NCBI GenBank assembly: GCA_000708835.1
Contig: DF237103.1
Coordinates: forward strand, 105,185-169,184
Source of the DNA: Klebsormidium nitens
Lineage: Eukaryota > Plantae > Klebsormidiophyceae
Direction of reading: 5' to 3'
DNA length: 64,000 nt
The notes under the pieces were generated by a model, which worked only from the letters and a program-made list of their open reading frames with translations, searched no databases and was not told the origin of the DNA. Shown piece after piece: positions 12,671-25,800 of this stretch. Position 1 is the stretch's first letter; each line of letters begins with the position of its first letter. Both the position numbers and the translations under genes were made by a program.

Positions 12671-13644
12671 TCGCTGTCGAGCAAGAGATAAGCGTTTGCA
12701 AACAAAAACAGTCAAACTTAAAAGGCAGAAAAGGAAGGTATGTCGTGGTGAGGGAGGAAGTGGGCAACTTCAGTAAGGGGTTACTTTGCGAGAATCTGTC
12801 TTAAGTCACTCGCTGTGTGAGATTGGCACCTTTGACGGTAGCTTCCAACCGGATTGGCTGCAAGATATGATGGACAAACATCGAGATTTGGGAACGTTAC
12901 TGCAAGCTACCGTCGAGCAGATTATATGCAATCTATAGACAACACTATCATATCAGTGTCTACTGATCTGTTAATCTGGTCAGCCCTGACCGTCGCTTCC
13001 GGGACAACTCAAAATGCGTATCTGATATCTCATGGACGGTCGAGACACAATGTTTTATAATTCTCAGCGTGGATCCAGAACTTTGCAGACACGGCCGAGG
13101 CTCCTTCCGAAAATCTAGCTCATTCTTATTCTTGCCGCTTGCGATGTAAAGCTTCAAATCATGTGTCTGACATGACCCTTTCAAGATGCCTCTGCCGCTT
13201 TCTAACAAATGGCAATGAAATGCAACCTCGCGCGACAGCTTTCCATTTGCGCGCGTGCTCAAGAATCGCGTATATGTCGGGTTGCCTGCACATCGTGTGC
13301 ACTTTTACACTTTGCGGGTTGTAGTCATAATAGACCCCCAAGCTCATAATTGAAGGCCACACGGCCTGGTTCATGCACCTTGATGTAATTGGACCGTGGC
13401 GCGGTACTGCGTCGGAGTAGGCTAATCAAAATGCACAAAAAGATTGAAATGCATTCGGAAAAGGCCTCAGGATACTGAGATGCATCAGCATGCTCATTAC
13501 ACTGAGAAGGTCACGTGAAGCTCCGGGCGTGACTCACAGGTCAAAGTTCTCAGATTTGGTCGATGCTCAGTGATTGATGCGCAACATCAGATCCGATGCA
13601 CCTTGAAGGATCAACAAGTAGACTCTTGTTCACGGCTATGAATT

Positions 13645-16432
13645 CTAATCTTCCATCGGAGTCACAAGTTGCTCGTCGTTCGCCTCTGCCGCAGTGCAAA
13701 GCGGTCTTGCGGCAGCTTTGAGCTCGTATTGGTGCCCGCAGGAGGGGCAATCCAGCACCTGGTCAGCCTGTATAGGCACCAATAATAGAGGGTGCTCAGC
13801 AGAGACCATATCTTGGAGGAATCTCGAAGACAACCCACCATCGGCAGCTCCTGAAGACGGACTGATTGAACTTTCAGAGCTTCCAACTAAGCCTTCTCGC
13901 ATGTCCCTTGTCAATGATTGTCTTATCTTATCATCAGCGGGGGCCGTAACGCTGCGAGCCTGAGCGCTTTGTGACACTTACCTGCAGCACTTCGAGGCGT
14001 TGGCGGCAGTCTGCAGCGTACTGCTTCTCCTGGCCTTTGTCCTCCGCCACCCCCTCCATCTCTTCTAGCAAGGCCGCCGTTTGATCATCGCTGGCAAACA
14101 TCCTGACGTGGTCCTGCCCAAATAGGATCAGCCGTTGTGAATCTAATAAGCGCTGGCGTCTGCGTAAGTGCTGACTACTATAAGGCTTCGATACGGTGCC
14201 TTTTTATGCCTTCTACAGTCTCTCTCGGAGAATAAAAAGAGGAGAATTTTTTTAAGAAGTGCTTCCTACGAATCGCATCCAATAAGCAAAGAAGCTACGC
14301 TGGAACGAAGGTGCCTTACCGGTAGACCATCAATCTGCCTGATGACTTCGATGACATCCACGTTCACCTGCGCATAGGAAAAATATGGATGATAACCAGA
14401 CTTTCAGCACAGCCTCATAACAGAAGACGTGTTCCTCATTTGATTTCCAACCCGAAGCGAAGGCTTTCTTAGTTTCAATGCGTCACAGAAGAGTATGACT
14501 GCGGATTCAGGTGGAGGCATTCTTGACATTCGTCCTCACCTCCTTCATCTGCTCCTCAAGAGTTCGTGCGTCCTCCTCCAAATCCTGCAACTGTTTTTCA
14601 ACCGAAGCCTTCTCGCCGGTCGCTCGAGCTTGTTCGCTTCGCGCTCTCCTTAGCTGCAAAGAACCACTTTTTGTATCTGGGTCTGCTTAACAATAAGATT
14701 TGTTACCTCGCAAAATGATTATGATGCAGCTGTGTCTCGTCATGATTTGCAGTTGGTTGAATTCCCTTCAATACACCATTAAGATTTGACTCCTGATCGC
14801 ATGATACCCCGCGGAATACATTACCTGATCTTGGAGTTCCTTGGACGAGTCAGCCAAAGCTGTGTTCCCGCCATCGCTTTCTGCATAGGCGGAACACGAC
14901 ACGTCTTATATAACCTGTTACTCAAGCGACTTCTCGCTTCCCTGGAACCATTACAGCCGAAGCAGAATTACACAGGTTTTGTAAGGAGAATACACATGAC
15001 TCACCAGAGACATTGCTCGTCAGGTTCTCAATCACTTCATCAATCTGCGGACATCAAAAGTAGATTCTGAGCAAATGATACAGTTGTGTCAAAGTGGAAA
15101 ATTATACTCGCACAGTGTTATGGACTAGAACACCAAGTGATCGTACTATTTCAGCACAATCACTTACAGAGTTCCAACTGCAGACCCTCACGTGCAGCTA
15201 GGTTTGATTGTGAACATTGCTGTGACTCCCCGAAAACGATACTCTCGCGCCATGCGAAAGTCCAAATCGTTCATAGTTTTACCTTGCGGACTGACAGTGC
15301 CAGTTCTCGTGACATGTAGTATCTCTGCAATTGAAACAACAAGAAGCTTCAGTACGGCAATGAAGAGCATGCAAAAGAAGTCAAGAAATCAGTCCGCAAT
15401 GCTGGAATACGGTATGCCAAGGAATGGTGATGAAGCATTGGACAGAGGGTAGGTCGTCAAATTCCATTCCGTTTCTTTCGACAAGCATTATATTCTGGTC
15501 TGACCTTGTAATCCTCCAGCTGGGACAACATGCCATCGTAGGCCGTATCCAACTCTTGTTCCTTCGAGCGTTGCTTGATCGCATCAGCTTCAAGACCCGT
15601 CTTCATCAACTCTATTGCCTGCGTGTTGAAAGAGGGGGAGGATAGCTCATTCACGAATTGCCGTTGAAACATAGCTAGACGCGTATGCTATAGACATGGT
15701 CAAACTGGTACAAGTCGAGGTCTTTGCAGAGCTTTCCTACCTGGTCCAAAGATGCGACATCCAGATCCGCCTGCAGCTGCTCCTGCTGTGCCGCCAGGAT
15801 CGTGCGGCCGATGGTCCCAGAATCGTTCAACAACTTCTCCGTTGTTTGTGAACACTCCTTGATCTCCCATGAGACTGCACTTTGAAGCGATTCAAAGCAA
15901 GCACTTCTGGAGAGAAATATTGTAGCTTTTGAATGAGCTGGTTGATACTTTCTATTCAATCCACTCCGTATTGGACACTCGACAAGCTTCCTTCCTTTGA
16001 ATAGAGAGATACTGACAATGTCAAATCGCAGCAGATTCAAATCACGATTCGATGATTCGCTGTCCCTCACAACTATCATGTACCGTGCCCAGACAATGAG
16101 AAACTACGAAGTTAGAAAAATATTGGCTTTGATTCTCTCTTTCAGGGCGTCGGAACACACGTGTCTGGATGTATGCATGTGATTGAGGAAAAGGAGATGG
16201 TCTGCTCAAAGGATGGTTTTTGCTACGTGGTCTTAAAGTTTTGGCCGCTCACTTCGATCCAAGTCCCGTTGGATTGAAGTTATTTCGGTCTGCTCCTGCT
16301 GCTTTCTGGCGCTGATTTCTGCCGCCTTGTCCTCATACTCTGCAACAAAAAGAGAAGGCAGAAACCGAGAAGGCTTCGCATCTGGCACCTTGGTTGTATC
16401 TTTGACATTTCTTGGGAATCAAAAATCCAACG

Positions 16433-16481
<49 letters not shown>

Positions 16482-16708
16482 TTGGTCAATTCGTAGTAAT
16501 CTGCTTCAATTCGAGGACCTCAGAGTCGCGTTCTAAAACGTACATGCATTCAGTCAACTTTCTTGAATGTGATTCTACTTAATTATGCCGGTCCTTTATC
16601 ATGGAGATGTTGATATGTCTTGCTCGGCAGCCACCGTCGGTGGCACCGAGTACCCTTACCTGAGATCTGCATCCGAAGAGACCTGACATGCTGGAGAAAA
16701 CCTTCCAT
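13645..16708 (-). CDS. SCEP1: Coiled-coil protein with C-terminal CxxC, similar to the Arabidopsis synaptonemal complex central element protein SCEP1 (At1g33500); about 312 aa
   Basis: Eleven phase-compatible exons: 16708-16660, 16339-16253, 15874-15741, 15618-15505, 15324-15283, 15044-15005, 14880-14825, 14653-14540, 14367-14320, 14113-13982 and 13767-13645 (939 nt). The N-terminus MEGFLQHVRSLRMQISEYEDKAAEISARKQQEQTEITSIQRDL and the C-terminus LEEMEGVAEDKGQEKQY...LDCPSCGHQYEL resemble my recollection of At1g33500. Orthology is unverified. Confidence 0.7.
16438..16479. repeat. (CT)21 microsatellite in intron 1 of the SCEP1-like gene
   Basis: Perfect dinucleotide run seen directly. Confidence 0.97.
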
Positions 16709-18131
16709 TTTGGCGGAGTTGCAAAACACAAAGCCTGCCGGCCAGACAACAAATTTCCTTACAAGCTAGACGTCAAAGCAAGCTGGGGCCTATTAGAGAA
16801 TCCTTGTCGCACAGACTTGGCAAACGAGGCTGCAGTCTGATCGTGGCAAAGAGCCCGAGAGCTGATCTAAGCTGCCTTCGGGGCAAGAAGGTCTGGTGCT
16901 CGTCTTTCCAATCAAAGCGTTCTATCGTGATTTCAGCGAAACTTTGCTCATGAAAGACGTAAACTCAATCCGACTCTGCTTGTTGAATCCATTGGATGTT
17001 TAGCTGCAAGTGATCTTGTATAACCTGACCTAAGGTGCAGATGCATCCTCCCGTCCAAACAGTTCAAGCTGCTAAGTTATGACTTGAGTCATAGCTTATG
17101 ACACATACGGTACCTCTTACTCGCGTTGACTTCGAAAGGGGCTTCGATCAATCTTGTCCAGAGAAATAAATCCTCGTATTGCTTTCAAACCTGAGCTGAT
17201 TTTATAACGAAGGGCTGTATACGTAAGGCCATCGATGGATCTCGAGGGACGGGTGGGGTTACCGTGTTCCTCAGGGCGGGCTTGGGTGCAAAGCGCTTCG
17301 GTGTTCCGGTTACTATGGTGTTGAACCAGGCTGTTGCACCTGGGCACAAGATTGAAATGATCGTACCTGACGATCAGACATAAGTATTAGAAAATAGCCT
17401 ATCATCAACAGGTTTTATCATAGGCCATGCAGAAAGGATTTTGCGCAGTACCGCGATATCTGCGATTAGCTTCTAAAATGTGCCGGCCCGGCCCAACATC
17501 TGTGTTATGATGACCCTCGAATGGGGCTATATAGAAGAAGGCCAATTAAGTATTCCTGCTACTTGCATTGCAAGCGCTCAGTGATCAGTTGATGCAACAT
17601 GCAAATCTTGTCAGCACGTTTTGTTCGCAATCAAATCCCATGGGCTATGGGTTCGGAACGATCAGACAACGAGAGACTTCAAAGGGCATCCAACAGGTCC
17701 CTGGCCCGGCGACGCATTATGCAGTTACCTCATATATGACGATCGGAACTGATCGAGCCTGCCACCATACATTTAGGAGATTGAGCGTTGCGTACGAAGA
17801 AGCACGCAGTCCGTGAGCCCAGGCTTGCGACGCTCTTGCATGCTTGATCTTATAAGCCATTCAAGTAGGAGCGCGAGAGGCATAAGACTTATTCCTTGCA
17901 TGCACCAATGCGAGGTTAAAACATTCTGAGCACGTATAGCTCACAGGCGTGCCGCAAACATTTAATGGACGAAAAGCTTCGACAAAGTCCCCGACACCAT
18001 CAATCAACACGTTTGTGAGAATCTACAGCGCTTTAGTCGCCAAGAACGTACGCTCGGCTCAGTGGCAATTGAGAAGCTGCGGATTGTGGGAAGCGTGCCT
18101 ATCAAACGAGGCTCAGTGGCCAGCTTCTCGA

Positions 18132-21100
18132 TCACGTTGACAAGTCCTGAGGGCTGTTTCTGGATTTATCATACTGCAGTACCGCCGCTGTACTTTGGAT
18201 GAGCAACACCGCCTGAAAAGAAAAGTACGTTCACTGAGTAGGCACAATATTGGCCTCGTCAGAGCTGCCCAACATACGGCACTCCGATTCAGACTGCTGA
18301 AGCTACTGGCCAGATGCCAACGCGCTCAGAATCATGCGACTCCGTCCGATCGAGAAGGTTCATCAGAAGCCGTTCACAACATCGACTAGTGCCCCCACTA
18401 AATCTGGTTTATGGTCCCATGGGACTTTCCAGAAGAGCGATACACTTGCTCAGCGTTGATGACCTAAGGGACGCTGCAGAAACGAACTGCCTTAGCGCCT
18501 GTCTGCTGAGACATGAGGGTCTCCAAACCCCGCGGGTCATATAAAGCCCGGCCCAGTTGATGGACCAACAAACAAGGCCTGAACAGTAAGTCGAGCACAA
18601 GCCTTTAGATCGATCGACGCCGGCCCTCACCTGCGCGCATGCGTAGACGAGCGTCATGGCATAGAAGAAGTTCGCGTTCCCCACGTTCTTCCAGATCCAC
18701 AGGTTGTACATGACCGGCCCGATGACGCTAGCCACCAGGAGCCCGTTCACACCGACAAACACGAAACGCATCTGCCGCAGCTCCCGGGCGAAAGCGGGGA
18801 GCAGCCCCAGGTAGAGGGCTGCGTCCGAAACGGACGGGTACGATTTGAAGATGGACGTCAGGCCGAGGATGACGTAAGCGAGGAAGAGGGGCCGGTGGTG
18901 GAATCGGATGGTGAGGGGGGGGAGCATGATGACCAGGACCAGGTAGTGGAAAACGAAGAGGAAGAAGGTGCGGAAGTGGTCGAAGACCTCTGCGAAGAAG
19001 TACCTGGCAGGGAACAGGGAAGGAAGGATTCAAGGAACGCCGGACCAATTCTTCGACGCAAGCCCGGAAAGAAACAACTCCACCAGCACCTAGAGCCTTA
19101 GGAGTCTGCGGATCGGCTCTGATGGGATGCTAGTAACGAGAGCAGGGCCGAGAGAACAGAGGCGTAGAGGACGCCACTTCATTAGTGAAACCTCAAGAGG
19201 CATACGCTCTTCCAGACCAATTAGTTTCGGTCGGCAAACAGGCGTAGCATCAAGTTGGTTGGAGAGGAGGCGTAATCGTGAAAAGTTCGCCAGAAAAGTT
19301 TGACGGTCTCTGGCAGCCTTCATGGAGAAACTGATGATGGATACAGCAGACTACACGAGCGGCACCGCCGAGAGAAGAAAACGCCTCGCAACATGTCCTG
19401 GGTCCGATAAAGCATCAAGAGAATCTTCAACGGCTTAGTGGGTCATTAAGAAGCCTGGATTCGCGCCACGGAGGCCTGGCAGAAGGAATCTGCGAGACGA
19501 GATAGATACGCCCCAAAAAGGGGGCCATCGTTCCTCACTGCAATGCACGTCGTATTCCGAGCGAGAGAGTGTTGAGGAAGTATTTTGAGCAAGCTATCGA
19601 ACAGCACTTCGTCACTATTCAACCAAAACAGGTATGTGAACCTTTTATAAGGTTGTCTCACTTTTTCGTTTTCGTAACTCTGGACGATTCATTTGATATC
19701 AACGAGTGGTTGAAATGCAGTCGGTCTAAGAAGAAGGATGACGAAAGACAGCCTGGCTACTGCACGTTGTAAGAAGAGTTGTCCCTTTCTTGTAATATGA
19801 CAGCCGTGATGGAAGATCGCCGAATCGTTTTAAATCATCAGCAAGACTCGAAGTTGAGACCAACACCAAAGACTGAGATCATCGAGACCACCACGGAAAG
19901 TCGAAACGGTTTCTGTCTTGGAGGCTTACCAGAACAGGCCGATGTTCGGAGTGAGGTCATCAGCGGCCAGGATGAAGCCGTGGGTAGCTTTCCACATTTG
20001 TAGCAGAGACCCCCGCTCTCCGAGCAGGACCTTGCAGAGAGCCAGCAGAGCAACTGTCCAAAAACCTAACCCGATGGAGAAGAAGGCCGCTAACAAAATG
20101 ACGCCTGAGCCTGTCCTGGATTCTCTGTATGTGCTGATGTCAACCATAGCGGGACGCTTTTTAGTAGGGGGCTCGTTCTGGTTACGAGGAGCTATGTCTA
20201 TGGTGTCGGAGGCAGGCGGTGGTTGGCAAGGCTTTCGTCGATCCAGACCTTGGTGCAGGAGAAGGAAGCATGGAACAATGAGCAGGGCTGGATGTAGTGT
20301 GAGATGACTGGCTAGGACGAGTCCAAAAGTGGCTAGGGGGATGCTCCCTGCAACACACAGAGTGAAAAGGTCTAGGAATGCATGCTGTGCTTCCGTACAA
20401 GAAGAGATTGTCAAGGGAGTCTGGCTAGAAAGGAGCTCAGACTCCAATCCCAATGATTGCAAGAACAGTCCTACGTTAGCAAGGGTTCGGGGGTGTTCAG
20501 ATTGCCACTAGTCCCTCTTCATTGTTGTGGCAAACCCCTATGCTTACATTCAAGCAGGATCTCTCTTAGCTGTACTTTTGATTGTACTCCTTGCCTCTGG
20601 TATCTAAGCTTGCCCACCAGAAAATGCTAGGCTTAAACGATAGACTGGGGCCGCTTGATAAAGGCAGAGGAGGCACCAGACAGAAAGGAAAAGTCGGAGG
20701 AGGTGGAGTCTTTTGTTTCAGACGTTTTCTCACGATATTAAGAAACACCTTGGAAGGGCAAAGTATACTGCACTCACCATTTACTGAGCCATACAACGCC
20801 AGAAGGACAGCACAATTGTCAATGGAACCTGTTGAGCCCCCAATGCAAGCAGCTATTGTGTACGGATTCAATAGATATAAGATTCCAGCCAAGTCATTAA
20901 ATGGGGCGTCACCGCTGGCGCCGTCGTGAACATATGCGCTCTTCCTCTCTTCAGGTGAGGTCAAGTCTAACTGCTTTGCTCCATGAGCTTCTACAGCTGA
21001 ACAGCTTGGCACATCTTGTCCCGATGCTGACTCGAAGTTTCCTGGCTTGCAAGCTCTAAAAACAATAGCTTGAAGGAGGACTGCTGCTAGAAGATCAGCG

Positions 21101-21729
21101 GCGATGCAGAGCAAGGTGCCTGAGATTTTTGACAATCTTGCATCTTGTCTCTGAATGGCGCCAATGACAGGCTGCAGCAGATACACATAGCAAGGAGATG
21201 CATGATATGCCCAGCCTGCAAGGACAAAGAAATTCGATCAACCCAGCTTCAGATTCGAACAGCAGGGCACAAGCATAGAATGCACGGCAGCCAATTCAGT
21301 GCCAAATGAGCGTATCTCAGCTGTGACACATGAAGAAGTGTCTACAAGCTGTTCACCCTTCATTAAGCAGAGCGCCCATCAAGTGGGCTCAGAATGAAAA
21401 GAATTGCCTTAAGCCCATCAGATTTTCTTGAAATATCTGATTGGAGAGATACGCAGGATCAGATTCAACACACCACTCAATCACAGCTTTGAAGATGTGT
21501 CTATTCATCGCAACCAGCTCAAGTCACAGTGCAATGGAACATCACCTTCATAAGGAGACATCCCATTGTCAATCAACCATCGGGCTTCCGCAAGCCTCTT
21601 TAAGCTGTTGGTAGGAGTCACCACTTCCACTCGGTGCTGCAACACCTTGGAGGCGCCGCTCAGACTGAATGTCAGTCGGATTGAAATGGCTGCGACAAAG
21701 CCTACTAAATGAAACCACTTTGATGCCAT
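18132..21729 (-). CDS. PIGU: GPI transamidase subunit PIG-U (GAB1); about 497 aa
   Basis: Exons 21729-21546, 21215-20778, 20347-19930, 19003-18631 and 18212-18132 total 1494 nt. Motifs: [68 protein letters not shown] and NANFFYA. Confidence 0.93.
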
Positions 21730-22298
21730 GGGTTGAGCACATCGTCCAGCCTCAATTCAACCCCAAAGCTTTCAATGTCCAGTGCGCCTGTTTCAACTTC
21801 AACTTCAAGGTGAGCATCTCGTCAAGCTTCTGCTGCTACTGTAGAATTACGTTCAACCATTTGATGCCAGCCCGGCCCGCCCTGGCGTTTGTGCTGCATG
21901 AGGAGTTCCAACTTCAACTCAAGCAGGCCGCGCCGCGGCTTGTAACTTATAGGCGATAGCTTCTCGGCCAGATCCTGCCGTGTCTAGTTGCGCGCAAAAA
22001 TTTGAATCGAGATGTTCGATTTAGAAGGCGGCTCATCAGCTGATACGAACGGAAGTAGATTCTAGATAAATGCAAGGCCCACACTCGCATTGTGAGCATT
22101 ACCGCTCTCAACCATTAACGCAACATTGAACACTCAGGAGGCAAAACGGACAAAACTTGTGAACTCCTTTCGATTTTTCGGACGCCGGACGCTTACTTTC
22201 CACTCAATCGGAAGGTACCGCGTACGATAGAAGTGCCTAAGCGTACGGTATATACCCCGTCAGGTACCTGGCCAGGCAGCCGGGCACTCACTGTGACA

Positions 22299-22439
22299 TT
22301 AGGGTTAACTCACAAACTAGTGATGGTGTGTTAGGGTTACGCCACTCCCTCTGACTGTTTGTTAGGGTTACACCCCTTCCCTGTGACTGCTCTCAGATTA
22401 GGGTTCCCACTAACGGCCAAGCCATTGTTCTTAGGGTTT
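22299..22439. promoter_or_regulatory. Array of five telo-box-like TTAGGGTT motifs in the PIG-U/UBP6 divergent intergenic region
   Basis: TTAGGGTT occurs at 22299, 22331, 22362, 22398 and 22431. A regulatory role is inferred from plant telo-box biology. Confidence 0.55.
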
Positions 22440-22811
22440 TGTTGTGTTCAGGGCTACCCGACTGCTGGAACAGAGGTAGGTACCGCTGTTTGAAAGCCCC
22501 ACCGTCCGGCGTCCGACAAAACGAAAGGAGTTCACAAGTTTTGTACGACAGTGACTGAGTGCGGCGGGAAATACGGAGACTGAAGTCTCTAGTCTGCGTT
22601 CGGATCGTCTTCTTTCCAGTTCAATATTTGTCCAACTTTGCGACCAGGACTCAGGAGGCGGATGATGGTGGCTTGAATAGGTACTGTGTCCCTTGGTACT
22701 TGTTGTAGCGGCGCCTTCTGAGGAGGAGACTCATTTTGGACGTTTTCTTTTTGGATTGGGTGTGATTCTAGGTGGTATCGTTTACCTGGAGTTGCAGTCA
22801 AGTCAGCCAAA

Positions 22812-25800
22812 ATGGTGAAAGGTAAGGCAGAGCAATTCTCCATGTGTTGCTATTCTCTCTAGGAGGAGACGTTCGCTTGTCTTCAACATGCGCGGATGCA
22901 GGATGGAGAAGAAAACGTTAGCCAGTTCTGGCGGACATGTATTCGTACGTTGGTTATTTCTTTGTGGTTCAGCAATTGTCTTTGGAGTCTTTCGTGCGCG
23001 TGTAAAGTTGGCAACAAGGACCTGACCGTTGATGAGGTATTATTGAGCATTTCAAATTAGCGTGACGTACCTTCTGAGTGTTGGTCCACTCCTTTTCTGT
23101 TGGATTGCAGTGTCCGTCAAATGGCAGAAGGAGGAGTTTGCGCTGGAGGTGGACGAGACGCAGCCACCGGTGGTCTTCAAGACACAGTTGTTCAGCTTGA
23201 CAGGAGTACCACCGGAGCGCCAAAAGATTATGGTGAAAGGAGGATTGCTTAAGGTCAGCAATTAGCAGCTTCCTGGGCAGGGTTCCTTGTGGCTTTTCAT
23301 GCTCTCTTGTAGGTGTAGACGAGCTGCTCAAAGTCTAGGGTTTCTTATCGCTCCCTGCTTACAATCTCCTGGATGAAGGGAGAGTTGGGTGAAGGTTTGT
23401 TGGCGGAGGACAGATTGGCAATGTTTCTGATGTCGTGTGGGCGTCCTTTGTTCCAGGATGATGGAGACTGGAACAAGGTGGGGCTAAAGGCTGGGCAGAA
23501 GTTGATGATGATGGGGACTGCCGACAAGCTACCAGAGGCGCCGAAGGATGCACCTGTCTTTGTTGAGGATCTGCCGGAGGATCAACAAGAAGCCGCGCTT
23601 ACGGTGAGCAATAGAGGGATTTGAGTGCAAGCCGATCTGGTCGTTATGGCAATCCTTTTGGGAACCAGTCTTTCATGTCATGGTAAAAATCAATCGAAGC
23701 AAAGATGGCCGACTCATGGAAAAGGCGTATTGCAGCCCTTCAAGCTTCCCGAAAGGTTTCATCTTTCAGCAACTCTGCATTCCTTGCTTTTGCACCTTAG
23801 TGACTGTGTTCGACCAGCTTAGAATTAACCCGGAATATACTTCTTGGTGGCCATGAGGATCTCAAAGTGCTCGGATTTAACGTTGTAGCAAAGTCCTGTT
23901 TCGCATGTTGTTCTTGGATACGCAGAATTGCGTGTTTACTGATTTGTCTTGCCGTCATACGCTGTCGCAGAAAGATGCATCCGTCGGGCTCATCAACCTG
24001 GGCAACACGTGCTACATGAACTCCACCATCCAGTGCCTGCACTCTGTGCCGGAGCTCAAGGATGCGTTGTCCCTCTACAAGCCACAGGATGGCATCGGCG
24101 CAGACAACAACCACAAGCTGACTCTCGCAGCCAAGGCCCTCTTCAAGGAGCTTGACACTAGCTACAAGCCAGTGATGCCGTTCAACTTTCTGATGGTGAG
24201 TATTACAGTAGGAGAATGACGTTGGACGTCGCTATCTCGCTTCATTGCTACATGAAGCAAGATAGACAATCTCTTAACAGCATTCAACCCTTTGAGCGAA
24301 GGGTTCGCAAACTTGGGACTTACGTAGACATATACGCTGTATGTTCATTTGTTTTAAGGTGCACCTGGTGGATGAAAGTCTGTGCTGCCAGGAAGCTGTA
24401 CGAGATCTATCTAATTGGTGCTCCTGTCTCCGCAGCTGTTCCGCCAGTTGTACCCTCAGTTTGCACAGACGGGCGAAGGTGGCGCGTACATGCAGCAGGT
24501 ATGTTGCTAGCTTGAACTTTGAGAGTATAGCTGGGGCGTCATGTTGCGTGCTTTTCTTTGTCAGATTGATATGTCGCTTGACCTTTCCAGACCATTTCAA
24601 AGGCGCCAGATTGCACTCCAAGGATTCAGCTCAGTCTGTGGCTGTGCCTCGACCGAGCCAAGTTTCAGCAACGAGTGCGGGAGTGATTTCTTCCTAGGTA
24701 GGAACGATGCAGTGCCCAAACCTTGTTCGCGGGTGTTGCCTCGTCAGTTCGTGCGGTTTTCTCAGTCGTCGGTCTACTTGTTGCAGGACGCCGAAGAATG
24801 CTGGTCGCAGTTCATCTATGCGCTGTCTACTCGGCTCCGAGACACTCAGGGTGGCGGGTTAGTCAAAACTTGTCCCTCGCTCACAGTCTTTTGGGCTGCC
24901 TGGAATTGCTCTTCCTGCGGTTATGCACTTCTCGAAGCAAGGAGGCTCATATGCTTTCTTTTTGCAAAGCCCGGCTTGAATTATTTTCATGTTCATGAGT
25001 GCACTTGTCTTTTTAGCGGGTCAGATGGTTGGTTGAAGAGGCTTTGTGTTCTTCCTTCCGGCGCAGGTCAAGTGCCGTAGTGAACGACCTGTTTGGTATC
25101 GACATGACGAGCACTTTGAGGTCGGAGGAGAGCGGGGAGGAGAGCACAGAGGCGGAGACGGTCTACAAGCTGGGAGTGCACATCTCATCGGAGGTCAACT
25201 ACGTCCATGAAGGCATCAAGCATGTAGGTCACAGTGTTCGTCACACTGTTCGTAAAAGTTAATCGTAACACTGTTCGTCTTCGCTCCTCCACACAGAGTT
25301 GGTTGGTTACTTCGGGTAGGACATGGGAAGTTTGTATCCGACCGCTGGCATCCCGGTGTCCTGAAGCATCGAAAGTCCTTCCCCTTTTAAGGCAGTTCCT
25401 CGACTAGAGTCAGGATTCCAGTTGTGTCCATGTTTCTTGTGCGCTACAACATTCAGATTTGCTTTGATTGGTAGTCTGCCCCGATGTGTCCTTTCGTCGT
25501 GGGTCCCCTCGACACTTCGAGCTACAAGCGGTTGGCGACTTTGAAGACGAAGCAGCTTCGTCCCGTTGCCAAATTGCTCATTATCCTTCCGAAGCTCGGC
25601 AGGCTGATAAAAAGGGAGCTGCCTGCTGAAGATAGTCGGCATCCCTTCGCCAGCGACTTGCGTCGCAACATTGTTGAAAACTGGTATCAGGTGTTGGTGT
25701 CGATTTGAGTATACGTAGAATTTAAGAACTTCGAGAAGAGTCCTGTTACTTGGGTAGCCTTGCGGGAAGAAAGGTCTCTCATATATAAGGTCTTGACCTC

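Noticed and set aside
13645-16708. NUF2 or PRD2/MPS1 as the identity of the coiled-coil gene
   Set aside because: There is no CH-domain-like N-terminus or other matching motif; the N- and C-termini fit At1g33500/SCEP1 better.
22299-22439. CRISPR-like repeat-spacer pattern
   Set aside because: The repeats are only 8 nt and telomere-like, there are no cas genes, and the context is eukaryotic.
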